Shown: in pieces, positions 31,496 to 45,762 of the stretch
Layout of the letters: every line of letters starts with the position of its first letter
Numbering within the stretch: position 1 is the stretch's first letter
Assembly: GCF_009914755.1 (NCBI RefSeq)
Contig: NC_060927.1
Reading direction: 5' to 3' (one strand)
Length of the DNA: 64,000 nt
From: the human T2T-CHM13v2.0 reference genome, Homo sapiens
Notes under the pieces: generated by a model
What the model was told of the DNA's origin: nothing
The model's database searches: none
The model's input: the letters and a program-made list of their open reading frames with translations, nothing else
Translations under genes and position numbers: made by a program

Positions 31496-34400
31496 TGTTT
31501 GAATCTTTAAAATGGAAAAAGGACCTAGGCTTTCATGACCTTGGTTTCATGATCTAGTTATTGGACTGCTTTGGCTAAACATTTTTAGGTATGATTTTGA
31601 CGGGCAGGTAGTGGCAGTTAACCATGCACAGTCTGCATTTGTAGAATTCCCCTATTTCCCAGAGACATTTAACAGAGGCCAATTGAATTAACCTACAGGT
31701 CATGTTATTTTACCACACTCAGGTTTTTGAGATGGAAATTTTTCAATCCCCAACCAGAATTGTTGTTTAGGGCCAAATAGCAATGACTCAATTTTATTTT
31801 GGGTCATATTTTTTACTTTTTGTTTTTTAGTTGTGATTATGTCATACATATTATACTTGAAGGCTATTCAAATAGTGGTTTTGTAGACATATAATTAGAT
31901 AATAACCTATTTACATTATAAAAGGTTTTTATTTTTTATAGTTTACATTTGGGATCCACAATTGTTGACTATATATTCAATTTAACAGAATTATTTTGAT
32001 TCTGTTCACTTCATTGTAGCAAGAAATGTATAAATGTGTAAAAAATGCACTGGTAGTTACTTTGTGCTAATCTTCAGCTGGAAAAACATACATGTTACTT
32101 TGTGCCTTTGCATATTCATTATTCATCATGTTTGTAGTTTCTAACATAATAGCATTGTCAGGCATCATTTCACTTTCTAACACATTGCTGCTACCTCTTA
32201 ACAAATCAAACTCTCACTTAGGTGTAGAGTATCCCAAGCGTGTTCCAAAGGTGAATGTTGGACTAATAATATGCACTTGACCTTTCAACATGTCTGACTC
32301 AATATGATTCCCAAGAATACATTGAATTGTGAAAGCCAGCATCATCTTTCTTAACTATTTAAATTATCATAGTGTTTCATTCGCAACATCTATTTAGTGT
32401 TCTTTTTAACCTTCAAGTACAAATGTAAACAAATCAACGTCTGTAGAACTCATGGATGCTAGTCAAAGAAAAGCATGGTTTCTTTTTCCCCTTTTTGCTT
32501 AAAGTTTGCCTTTTGGGCTCTTTTCAATGAGAAGTTCTCCTACTCCTTCTTAAGAAGGCAGAGTTTTGACACATGCAACTCAATACTGTGGTGGACCCTT
32601 TATCTCTGAAGTGGAAATGTTTTGAGAATTCTCAAGCTGAAGAATCAAAGAAAGCTAAATGATTGAAAGAAGGGAACCATAATGGGAGAAGAGAATCTAT
32701 GCTAAGGAAGAAGGTGGTAGCAGTTAGGTCTTTAAGAATCACTTCAAAGAACACAACTCTTTCTTCATATTCAGTATTTCCCATCTCAGAGATATTTGGG
32801 TCATTATTGAAAATAGTCTTGAGATATTTAAACAGTGAAAGTTGTATAAAATAATGCTGTCTCTAAATATAGGTAGTTTGAGAATTTACTTCACAGCTAT
32901 CAGTAGACTGCATTAGCACCTGAATTTCTATCCGAAGTCTTATTCCAGATATGTAGACATGATAATGAACTTTAAGAGCTTATATGCATAGGCAGATGAA
33001 CATGGGACAAATGTAATAAATATGTACTTATGTTTTCCTAAGAAGACTAGCAGGATAATGAGATAAGAGAAATACAGAAATTTCATATTTCTGACATTTA
33101 GAACAATTACTGTGAAGTCTGTTGGTACTGTGAGGTAAGACCAAAGTGACATTTTCAAAAATTCTGCCACCAGCAAATGGTCTAATCATACTGGCTTTTA
33201 AAAATGCCATGACAGAACCCTTATTCTGAAATATTATTCTTAAACAGAGAAGGTTTTCTTTTGTTCACTGACTTGAGACCTAACCATATAGAAAAAGTCC
33301 TCAAAAGACTATTTTTTTAAATATGAAAATTTTAACATAGGGAATAGATTTCTTTTAAAAAAGCATCTCTAGAGGGTAGAGAGGCTTACTGTAACTGAAA
33401 TAATAAAGTCCCAGATTAAAAGCCTATACTGCTTCCTAGATCTACTGAAATGCACTTAGAGTTTTTAGAGAGAAATTATAATTTCTTGAGATATCAATCG
33501 CAAATAATAACAAACAAAATGTTGTGTATTCTCTTTTTTTCTGTCTTCTGATCAATTCTTAATCTACAATAATAGATTTTTTGCATTATTATTTCAACAT
33601 TTTTTATGTGCCTCTATTACTAAGCCTAGCGTGGTTCTATAGTCTCATTGTGGTAACTGGGTCTGTGATGAAAAAAAATGGATGCGTTTTGATAGTTTGT
33701 TTTGTTTATTTTATTTGCACATAATCGGCCTTGTTTTTTTATACCCAGAGTACATTGAAATGCATAAATTATTTGGGATAAATTATTTAAAACAATGTTG
33801 GTTGTTACAGAATTTATTGATTGAGGAAGCAAAATCGATACATTGAGCACGAAAGACATAAAGGAGTGACTCCTGGCTCAAAATAGCAGACTAAGCATGT
33901 CCCTACTGAGACCCTGTAAAATAGAAGTATAGAAGTCTCATTAGTAAATAACCCCATAATAATAAAGGAAATGGAAAGGAGTGTGTCCAGTGAATATGAG
34001 ATTACAGCAAATTATTTAAATCAGAAATCAAATGTAGTTCTTTAATCAGTAAAATGTAAGTACCAGACAAAAATAGGCGGCAGGGAGCTACAACGGAGAT
34101 GACAGCCTCTCTATTCAATAGAATGCCCAGAAGTTTAAGTGAATATCACCTTTTTTTTTTTAATTTAAAGAACCAGAAATAAAAATGTAGAACAAATAAA
34201 AGTAATCATGTTCACATCAAACTCAGGGAAGAACTAATGAGAAGGCAGAGAATTAAGCCTTTATGTTTTATACCACAGAGTTATCTAAAAATGAAAATAC
34301 AAAAAATTGTCAGTACTTGATCTAGAATTTCTAGAAGTAATCTCCAGGACTAGAAATCCTTATATTTGTTAGTTATCTTAATAAAAATGGAAAGCTAAAT

Positions 34401-35031
34401 TAAATCTTAAAAAACAAGGCAGGGAGTGATATAATTCAGATTGTGGAAGGGGCAGTTATTCACCATGTCATGTATACAACAACTTGGATTGATCTCAGAA
34501 AGGATGACATCCAGTATCAGACCTAAGTGAGCAACGTAAATTCATCTTGGCTAGAACAGAAGGAGAGGGGTGGTTGGAGAAAAGTAGAATATAAGTTAGT
34601 CAGATTAATTATAGCTGATGAAAAGCTTCGAAGGTATCAATATCTGTGTAGTTGTATGACTGTTGGAAGCTAAACTTTCAAATATATGGGAAGTACCTTA
34701 GACTTTGGGTCTGTGATTTTAGAATGCCTGTTTTGTTGGAGCCAGCAGATAATGACAGTAAAGTATTGATCAAGCCACTCTTTTCTTTGCCTTCCATCCT
34801 ATGAAATGGAGCTAATAATACCTGCTTGCCTTCAAATCTCAAGGCTACAGTGAAGATTAATTAAATAAAAGCTGTAAGGCACTTTTAACTCTCCTGCAAA
34901 TAATTCTTGTAGGTATATATTATTGCCATTAGTTATTCTAGGCATTTCATATTCAACTTGCAAGTTTAAATTATATCAGACATTTCTCCCACAGGCTGAT
35001 ACGCTTTACCAGCAACATGCATACATACACA

Positions 35032-35056
35032 CAGAGAGAGAGAGAGAGAGAGAGAG
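35032..35056. repeat. (AG)n microsatellite
   Basis: About 12 AG units after a short CA run. Confidence 0.9.
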
Positions 35057-35551
35057 TTCTTGTCTATTGAAAACTTAGCAGAAATTACCGTTGTAATTTA
35101 CTATCTTTATCATCAGGTGCTCAAGAAGGAGACAATTTTTTAATATCTGGGAAAAATCAGTATAGGAAGTCCAAAGTCAGCAGAGTAGCTGAGTTAGTGT
35201 CAGATTAGTGGAGAAGATGCTAATAGATGATGGCACACCTCCATAAAAGGACTGTAAAGGTCGTGTTCTCTGAGAATTGAACAGTGCTGAACTGTGTGCC
35301 ATCTTTTCTTATATTTAATTACATGACAAGTGTTTATTGAATGCCTTGTATGTGTGAGGCATGTCAGGGAACAAACCAGACAGCCTGAAGCTGATATTGT
35401 CTTAAGGTTCAAGTTTTTAGATATAGCAAATTCTTCACATGATACTTCTAGCTTAAAAGGAAATCACATTGATTTTCGTTTGTTCACCATGATCTGCCTA
35501 TTTTAAAATGTTTACAGCTTATGCATCAAGATTTCTTAAAATCCAAAAATA

Positions 35552-35606
35552 TAGGTTAAATATTGCTTATTCAAAACGCTTGGGACCAGAAGTACTTCAG
35601 AGTTCC

Positions 35607-35643
<37 letters not shown>

Positions 35644-35799
35644 TATTTGTATGATCCTTACCTTTTGGGCATCCCAAATCCAAAAAATTGAGATCTGAAA
35701 TGCTCTAGTGAGCATTTCCCTTTAGCATTATGTTGGCACTCAGAAGGTTTCAGATTTTTTTGAGCATTTCAGATTTTTGGATTGGGGATACTGAACCTG
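35552..35799. mobile_element. Tigger4a/Zombi MITE with an internal T32 run
   Basis: aggttaaatattgcttattcaaaacgcttgggaccagaag ... ggggatactgaacctgTA; T run at 35609-35640. Confidence 0.82.
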
Positions 35800-36119
35800 T
35801 AATAAATATATTTTGCCTTGTAAGTTTGTAATATCAATCTGTCACCTCCTCCAGGAAGTCCTTCATGATTTCTTGAGCCATATTCAATTCTCTGTTTATT
35901 CTAATCTCTTATATCCCATATTGTTAGTTTCATACCTTACAACACTGATTATATTTAGTTTTATAATTTATTATAAACTGTATAATAAAAGTCATATTTT
36001 AAAAAATTTTCTTATTGTATTATATGTAAGTATTGTCTCTAGAAGACTAAGAAACTTGGGATCAAGAACAATGACAAGATTTAAACTGCAGCAGGTCTAC
36101 CCACTTGCCTGGAGAATAG

Positions 36120-36700
36120 TTGTTATTATATCACAACTAACATGTATTGAACATTGCCTCCAAGGCTCAATTCTTAAGTGTATTCCGTAAGACTAACTCT
36201 TAATCCTTGTAACAATTTTGTGAGTTAAGTCTTATTTACCTTATAAGTAAATATTTACCATTAGGTGAGGAAACAGAGGCAGAGAAGGGTAAAGTAACAG
36301 CCCACGATGGTGAGGCTACAAAGTGGCAGAACTGGGATTCCAACGCCGGAGGACTAGCTTCAGTCTTCTTGCAGCACGCAGGGGCCTTGGTGATTCAGCC
36401 TCTGACAATCCAACCTTAGCTCTGGCCACTTCTCCTGTGTCCTGTGTCCTGTGTCCTGTGCTGCACCCTTACTGAAGCTCATCACTGCCAGAGCAGGGGC
36501 ATTTTGTGAGTGCTTTCTGGGGCCAGGCACTGTGTTCACAGTTGACATTGAGTATCTCATTCTCTCAAGAACCCTCTGAGGCTGGTTTATTATTTTCCCC
36601 ATTTTGTAAATGAGGAAACTAGGTCAGAGAGGTGAAATAACTTCTCAAAGGTCGTAGAATGAGGAATTCATAATACTAGAATTACACCCACATTGTTTTT
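36120..36700. mobile_element. MIR elements (two copies)
   Basis: MIR core gaggaaacagaggcagagaagggtaaagtaac and cccattttgtaaatgaggaaact; similar MIRs near 25900-26190, 37550, 45150, 51750, 57750 and 63000. Confidence 0.7.
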
Positions 36701-39700
36701 CATTAAATGATGAGATAGGCAAAAATCTGAGACACAGAAAGGTTGAATTTTACCAATATTTGTTGGATAAAGGAATGATTATGTCCACATCTTAAATGCT
36801 GAGTTTTTAACAATTTTAAACAAATACAGATTTAAATAAAATGGAAACTTTTCACTTTCTTTATTCTAATTTCTAACATCAATGAAATGAGGCTATTTAT
36901 ATGTTCCTGCTTGTTGGTGTATTTGAATTAATTAGATATGTGCCTCCTTTAGGCTGCTAAATTTGACTATTCCAGAATACTTTAATCCATTGAATTCCAA
37001 ACTCCTTGCCCCAGTTCCTACCTGAACCTCATCAAAACTTTTATTCCCTTCTCATAGTTTTATAGCTTACTTTATTTAAATTCTACACTGAAAAGGAAAT
37101 GGGCTCTCTGAGCTTCCTCTTTTCTTGGGTGGCTCCCCCTTTATGTCACTCTTCACTGCCCACTTTGGCTGGACCTGCCCATCCAAATCCAATGGTAGAA
37201 CCCAGCCTCTACCATCTGTCCACTGTGGGGCTCAAGCCCAGATAATTGGGTCCTTTTACCCAGCTTGATTGACAAATCACACATCCTCCGTAAGTCCCTA
37301 AGCTGCATTGATGAAATTGAGTATGCTCGTTGGGCTCTCAGGGATGAAGGCAAAGGTAGAGTGGAAGGTGGGCAGAAAGAGAGCTGGGCTCGAAAGAGAA
37401 GGGTGGAGAGCAGGAAGATAAAGGAGGCATCCTTCACAAGAGAGGTGTGGTTATTGTCAATTAGGTGGTTGTTGGAGAGCACATTGATGTACACTGTTGC
37501 ATTTTATTCTCACAGTTTACTGTGAAGAAGGCAAGTAGACAGAGTGGCATTGTACCTACTTTATCAAATGAGGAAACTGAGGCAGAAAGGTGATCGGAGT
37601 TATCTCAATTGCTACTGCAGTTATTTTTACAACTGGCCTGGAGTCTGTTCTGGACTTTCATACTAGTGCTCAGCCACACAGATTATAATGTTAGGAGAAC
37701 TTGACTCATGGGGTAAAATCCATACTCCAGCAGCCCTGATGCCCTGAGTAAAACCAAGGATGTGTTCTTCCATTTAGCCAGATGACTCGACATGTATTCT
37801 GCTTGTGGGAGAGCTCAACTCTATGTGGTGCTGTTGGGTTATGCCCCCCGTGGCGGCCCAGGACTCTTCTCAGATGTAGTGCACCGCTTGTGTCAGGTAG
37901 CCGAGTGCAGTGCGTTAGTAACCAGCTTCTCCTTTAACTCTCAGATGGAATCCTCTACCCCAAAACCATCTCTTCTCATAAAAGACACTCACTGCCTCCT
38001 TCCAAACCTCCTTCCATCTCTCAAATTTCCTCTTTCAGTGAAAGCTTTAACTTACCTTGGAAACACAGGCATTGTGTTTCTGACCCCTTTCCCTCAGCTC
38101 TGACATCTTTCCAGACAATTACTGAAGCCTGGCAGTTACCATCTTTGATTCAGTTGGAGTCTCACATCTCAAATGGCTTATTTCCTTAATCTTCTAATTA
38201 GCCTCCTGCCTCCAGTCATCCCCAGACAGCGTCACCCTGCACTCCACTGACAGAATTACCTGACTACACATCTCTCTGACTGAAAATCTTGGCTGGCTCC
38301 TCACTGCCTCCAGCCCAATTTTCAAACTTCTTCATGTAGAATTCAGATTCTCCCACTATACTCCAATGCATCTTATTCTTCAGCCACACTGAGAAAGTCA
38401 CTCTCTCAAACACACTGTGTTCTTACCTTCATACTTTCCCACCTCCTGTTACCGTATCATTTCTACACTTGTGAGAGAACTGGTTTTCCTAAGGTGTATC
38501 TTAGATGTTATCTATCTTCCACCTGTTCCCACACAGAGTGAAGGCTGCCTCTCCGTCCTCCTGTAGACCTTGTAATATTCTACCATTATGCACTTACATT
38601 TTTGTATATGATGTTGCTGTCCCCTGCATATGAGTTGCAAGCAACTAAGGCTTAGGCACATTTCCTTTGGTCATCATTTTATTCCCTAACACATACTAGA
38701 TACAAGTAGAATACAAGCTTCTTGAAAGTAGCAGTCTTTGTGTCTGGCATGTCATAGGTGCCTATTAAATATTTGTTGAATGAGTGAGTAATCAATAAAT
38801 GTTTGAATTAGCAAGGGTAGGAACGTATGGCTCAGATACTACCAGTGCAATACTCCTTTTGTTGACCGTGTGTTCATGCCGGCAGTGCATGGTTGTGGTC
38901 CTGTGTTTTGCAAAGTAAGGACAGGCTCATGATAACAACCTAGCTTTCCACACTACTCACAATGCATGTAACTGGCTTGATCTTGTTTTATATCAGGAGG
39001 CCAGTTCACTTTTTTATGTATTCAATTTCACTATGTGAATTGCTCCTGTGAAAAAAACTGCATTATTGTAATTCTTAATTATACTAATCACTCCCCTTCC
39101 ATGGTTATTGAGAATTATAACTAAATCAAAGAGAGGATTGAATTTGGGGAAATCAAATGAATATGTACTTAACAAAAATCCCGTTAGCTATTTTTGTTTT
39201 TGGGCATATAGCAACACCTAGTGGCTTTATCGATTATTTCAGAGACTATTTCTAGAAACAGCTTCTTGGGTTTTTTTCTCCCTTATTAAATAACCACTAC
39301 TTATTTAATATTTTTTCTTTCCTCTTAATTAACGAACAAATATCTTTGACTATTTTGTATTTAGAAAGTAAACTGGCTCTAGCATAGGAATAGATATTAC
39401 AGAATTGATGTTTATCCATAAAAAGTGTGGCCCACCTAATAAAAATAAGTGAAGTACTTTAAATGCAGACATCACAATGATATGGCACAATATTTTAAAC
39501 ATTTCACAACATCTAGAACCTTCTGAATAATGACATTACTCAAATGGGAGCCTTTTGTGGGAAGTATTCTCTCCCTTTTATATAGATAGAATTTCTTATT
39601 TCTTTATCAAATTCATGTGTAGATCAGTGTATCCACAGATATATACATTTTATGGGTTGCCTTACTTATCAAGTACTCAATAATGAATTCTTCATATTTA

Positions 39701-42352
39701 TATTTGCCATGTCATTGAACCATTTTTATATTTTGAGATTTTAGATCCCCAGAAGAAATATGTCTAACCTGTATCACACAGATTTCTGCCTTCTTAATAA
39801 ATGATATATTTTACAATTTTTCTTACGTTGACAACTTAGAATTATAGTTGTAAATAATTATTGCATTGAGCTGATGCCTTCTTGAGAAATTTGGGGGCTG
39901 TTTTCCCTATTCAATTTGTTTTAGACAGACTCTAGTGCTTTATGAAACATTTGTATCTGTTCTTTACAGCTTTTCTGTCTTCTCCTTCTGTCTTATCCTG
40001 CTGCTGGCATTGTTTCTTTCCTTCCCAACCCTCCTTTTTCTTTTTTTTTTTTGTCGGCCCTCTTGGCCCCTTCTGATACGCTGCCTCTATTCTTTTGTGG
40101 ACTAGAGGGTCAGCTAACCAAGTCAGCTAACTACATAGCTTAGTACTCTCCCAATTCTCCTGGCTCCTAATTTTGTGCTGTTTCCACTATACTATACTGA
40201 AGATGTATGCTAAATCCGTAATGCTTTAAAGTAAGAATAACTAGGTTTTAAGAGAGGACATGGTCCACTAGAGTAAAATCCACAGCATTAGTGATTCTAT
40301 TACTGTTATTTTAGCCATTGGATAGCATTTGTTGTACTCCTGGCCAGGTCACTGAGATTCTTCCTATTCACATACATATGGAGAGAATTAAGTTAATAGA
40401 TATTCATTGTGCCACCCCCTCTTTGTCAGGAGCATGATAAGCACAAACATGTGTAGACTTATTTGATTGCATGCTAAAATTGACAAACCATGTACAGGAT
40501 TATAGATGCCTTCATAATTATGTGTTCATATAGGAAGTTTTATATAAGACCATCCATCCTAAAGATTTGCAAACAGTATTATTGAACTTTTAAACTTTCT
40601 GACTTGATGCGTTGTCGTGGCCAAATAATCTATAAATGACACTTAAAAGAAAGTTGAATTTTCTTCATGCTGTTAATGTGAACTCTAAGCCATAGGGTAA
40701 TTTACCTCCTCATAAATGGTCACTATTTCTTGTGAATTGTGGGATCTGAAATAAGCATGTATGTCATATAGACTTTATGCAGTGGAGCAACTCTAAATAA
40801 TAATACGTTTAATTCCAAATATATTTTATAGATTTCTGTCTTATGCACACCTGTTTTATTAAAGTTTTATGAAGACATTTTATAATTTTCAAAAAGTCCT
40901 AAGCTTGAATGTAAGTAAAATTTTGATTATTTACCAAATAATCTAGGAGCCAAAAATATATTTTTTGATAAAGCAGAGAAGTTGATTTTTTTAAAATACC
41001 TCTAAATTATAAAGATATATTTTGTTCTGGTATTCCTACCAATAAAGGAGTTCTCAATTTTTTGTGGCTACGAATTTCAGGATTTGTTGGCCTTTTTAAT
41101 TCATTTTGTGTCTCCTTGGTGGGACATTTGGCACAGCATATCAAATAGTGACAATAAGAGAGTCAGGCTTTGCAGCCAAACCACAGGTGGCAAATTAATA
41201 AAAGCTTCTGCACCTTCACTAATGTGCTTATCTCTGGGAGAAGGTGACCATTACTCTTTAAAATCCAAAGGTGACAATTAAAATTTCAAATGTTTGCTCC
41301 TGCCCAGTGGCCTGTGACATTGTTAGAGAAACACGTCCTCAATGTCTTAAGAGGGTCAGTGAGAAACTGTTTTTAGGAGCATAATCTGGGTAACTAGTAG
41401 CTCTTTCCATAGGATTTATCCATCAAATATAATCACATGCAGCTATTAAAATTACACTAGAGAAGACTTAGTGATGCAGAAAAATTAATATTAAAGTTTT
41501 TTTAAAAAAGAACATTCTGTAACTGTGGTAGAATATTCTATTTTTGTTAAAAAATTACACAACTGGAAGAATATATAAGAGTATTAACAGTACTTATCTT
41601 TGGGAGGTAACATTGTAGGTGATTTTTCTTCTTTGTTTTAGTGGTTTTTTTTTTTTTTTTTTTTTTCAGATTTTTAACAGTGAACTTGGATTATTTTGTA
41701 ATCAGAAAACAAGTTATTAAAAAGTATTTGTAACTTTCATTTTTTTCTTTAAAGTGAAAGATTATTTTTCCCCCTAGACTCTCTAACTTCATTATTCAGG
41801 AAAAGTGGGAAGGAATCACACTGAATTGGGGTTAAGAGAACTGTTGTCAGCTTTCATTAGTTCACTCCACAAATACTTGTTGAGTATCTACATTGTGCCC
41901 AGGCAGTGTTGGGGATAATGCATTAAATAAAGTCTCTGGGAGAGGATGTACAATAAATAAATATTTACATCTTGTGGTGATCAGTGTTTAATAAAGATGG
42001 GATTTTTTAGCATTGGGAGAGGAAGTGTCAAAGTTTCTTCCTCTTTGAAAAGTGAGAGGTTTAGATCACAGGAATAATGAAATCCTTCCCTCTCTAACAT
42101 TCTAAGCTTCCTATGACTTTTGAATAACAGTTGACTACCAAAGCAGTTGTCACAAAGCAAATGCAAAAGTGGGTCAATGTTAGCATTGAGATAAAAGAGG
42201 AAATGTATATCCTGAGAAAAATACTTGATTAAAAAGTGATGTTTCTGTAACTGTTGTTGATAATAAAGATCGCAAATGAAGATAGAGCATTAAATGTTTA
42301 CCTAACACAGTAAATAGTACAAAAGAAAATATGATATCTTTCTTTGTTTCAG

Positions 42353-42433
42353 GTATCCTCTGGCACATGCAGGCCTGATGTTTCAGAATCTCCTGAATTA
42401 CGTCAGAAGTCACCATTGTTTCAGTTTGCCGAG
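42353..42433 (+). CDS. BBX: BBX coding exon 5 (VSSGTCRPDVSESPELRQKSPLFQFAE)
   Basis: tctttctttgtttcAG|G acceptor and GAG|GTAATA donor; 81 nt, phase 0-0; not shown in the ORF track, translated by hand. Confidence 0.93.
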
Positions 42434-43179
42434 GTAATATATTACAATTGATACTTAACTAATGAGGAAATTGTAAAGTGGGCTTAAATTGGGGCTGATA
42501 ACAGTAACTGAAAGCAATGAAGAACTCTACTCAGCTCAACCATAAGTGGGAAAATAGAATCAAATTTTGGAAAAGATATTTTGGGTCTCTAGAGTTCTTA
42601 ATTAAGAAATAACTACATTTATGCGTTTATAGAAGCTTATCATTAAAGTCATACTAAATATTATTAACCTCATTACTAATTTTTACTCATGGATAGTAAG
42701 GTTAAGAATATATTGAATTACTATTAGAATTTAGTCATTTGTTGATGTGTTTATTTGATAAAACAGAAGACAAAATCAGCTCATGGTTATTGGCTATGCA
42801 GCTAATCTATGCATTTCTTTTTCTTTTCTTTTTTTAGTGCACTTTCATCTTAATTGAAACTTTAGCATGAGGTTGGCAGTTTTCAAAGTCTTCTTTTGTC
42901 AGACTTGTTCAGCTCAATAGGTCTCTTGACACTGGTTCAAAGAGATGGTGTATAAAAGCACATTGTCCTTGATATCAAGTCTAAAGTTTAAGACTGCTCA
43001 GAATATCTTAATTTACTCTGGAACTCAATATGAGCCCTCACTGATGCATTTTTTTCTTAAACTTTAAGCCACCTGGTCTTTCCTTGATCATTTGAATTGT
43101 CTTTGACTACACATTCTTCACCACTGTCATCCTTCCTGGTGTTTGCCCAACTGTTTTACAGTTTTATACAGGGGGAACA

Positions 43180-43516
<337 letters not shown>

Positions 43517-44343
43517 TAAGATTGGTCCCAACTTTGAAAGCAGAACGGCTTAAGAGATGATCCTTGAACCTCTAAAGATCTAATGATACCTCTAAAATTT
43601 CACAGGAAATTTTGGATATGTTAGCATGTGTACATTTTTGTGGCTTCTAACAGCATATCTAAGATCCAGAGAGATCCCTGATCCTATTGCTTTTATATAA
43701 AAGGTCTCTATCTCCAGGAGCTCCTATTTATGTTATTAATTGAAATCTTTATCTTAATTTATAATAACATCCCCCTCCCCCTTTTTTTAGAACTTCTGAG
43801 ATACTTTTCACAAAATTGGATGGATTGTAACACTGGTTCTATTTTGTTCACTGCTTGATTTAATTCTTAAAGGAATATATTGTATTTAGGTATAACCTAC
43901 AATATTTGTGTATTTCCCCTTATATAAATTGTTTATTTTTTTCTAACTTTTATAGAGGGTTGGTAGGGATGAAAAGTGATGTCTGAAATAAGTTGTACTG
44001 AGTTTATAATTCCTAAGATTACAGGAAGATTTCTCTGGGTTCATTTTTGCATTCTGTCATACTTGCACATGGTGGTCACTTGAAATGATAAGATTCATGG
44101 TTTGACCAAGAAAAGTTCTAAAATTTTATCCTTGAATGTCTTCAGAACACTTGGTTAGATCTTACAATGGATAAAATGGTTTATTTCTACCTAGTTTGTT
44201 AAATTGGATTTGGTTGATATTTGTTCTTCTTACTGATATTTATTCTAAAAATCCTTATCAGATTAAAAAGCACAGTAGAATGAAATTTTCCTGATGGCTT
44301 CAGCAGTGAATACAATTAATTACTCAGTCAGTCTCTCTACTAA

Positions 44344-44477
44344 TTTTTTTTTTTTAATTTTGAGACAAGGTCTTGCTATGTTACCCAGGCTTGTCTTAAA
44401 CTCCTGGGCTCAAGTGCTCCTCCCACCTAGCCTCCCAAAGTGCTGGGATTACAGATGTGAGCCACACTATGCCAGCC
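44344..44477 (-). mobile_element. FLAM (Alu left monomer)
   Basis: gagacaaggtcttgctatgttacccaggc...ctcctgggctcaag...cccaaagtgctgggattaca. Confidence 0.85.
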
Positions 44478-44946
44478 TCCTGATTCTTTCCCATTCCTAA
44501 ACATCACTTTTATATGTATAACTACGTGGCCCTGTTGTTTTTCTAACCAGTTTAACTAAAACGAAAAAGCAGTTTTTGTGATGAAAGAGTTTTGATGAAG
44601 TGGATTTACTGCTTAGTAAGTACCCTTTGATGGAGTTGTTGGTGAACAGTTACTTGAAGGAAAGACTTGTGGGATTGGGAATGGGCTGAAGTTATTATGA
44701 TGCCCAGGCTTTCTGCTCCTGTGACCCACTTTTACCCTGTATTATAGCTGAAAAAAAGTTTTTTTCACTTTGGAACCAAAATTACTAACTCACCTTGCTC
44801 CCAAAATGTCCTTGAAAAGTATTTCCACATGTTCCTCTGAGCAAAGTTGAAGAAAGCTACCATAATTGCCAACTGGAAACAAAAGGTCCCCTAGTTGAAT
44901 CAAGTGTAGGGTGGCAGACTCTTCCATTCATTGTCACACACTAACG

Positions 44947-44979
44947 TGTGAGTGTGTGTGTGTGTGTGTGTGTTTGTGT
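44947..44979. repeat. (TG)n microsatellite
   Basis: Interrupted TG run. Confidence 0.9.
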
Positions 44980-45687
44980 TGGGTGGGAGGACGCAGGTGC
45001 TATGAAAGAAGAAAATGCTTTTCATATTTAGTAAACAATTTATTGAGTTCTGGTGCAATGCTAGGTAACATCTTTTATGGCTTATTTTTTTTCACCATAA
45101 TCCTCTAAAATGCAGATTATTATCATCATCATCAATTTACAGTGGTGAAAAATAAGTCTTAGAAAGTTTAGCTGAGCTGGCCAAGGTCATGTTGTGGGTA
45201 AGTAGCAGAGCTGAGATTCAGTCTCCCAGATACCCTGACCCATATCCATATGCTTCACCAACACTGCATCACAGCTGCCTCTAACTAGAGAACAGCTTGG
45301 AAGGAGTGGTATTGGGAAGAGAGTGAGGGAGTGGCTTCACTTGCAACCTCCAGCTTTTAACAATATACATTTTTTCCTTTTTTTTTTTTTAAGTAAGGAA
45401 ATTTATGTCAACAGGTCTCCTTAACTGCTGTTTGATATATACCTGGTACCCTTACCAAAGACATGGCAAATGAGCCATACTCAGTCTTTGTTCTTTATAA
45501 TCATCTGTTTTTAGAAACATGGCCTTTGTCTTCCCTTATCATTTATACTGCTCTTCTAAAGGGATTGAGGGTAATGACTCATTTTTAAATCTTTATCAGT
45601 GTCTACAGTTGAAAATATATGGCAGAATCTTATGATCTGATGTGGAAAAATGTCATTGTATATTAAAAATTGCTTGTTTCCTTTCAG

Positions 45688-45762
45688 ATATCTTCAAGTA
45701 CGTCCCACTCTGATGCTTCTACAAAGCAGTGTCAAACATCTGCCTTGTTTCAGTTTGCAGAG
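45688..45762 (+). CDS. BBX: BBX coding exon 6 (ISSSTSHSDASTKQCQTSALFQFAE)
   Basis: ttgtttcctttcAG|A acceptor and GAG|GTATGG donor; 75 nt, phase 0-0. Confidence 0.93.

Noticed and set aside
45740-45762. Internal acceptor-like ttgtttcAG inside repeat exons 1 and 2, giving 9-nt FAE microexons
   Set aside because: Fully explained by the codons for L-F-Q; no independent support.
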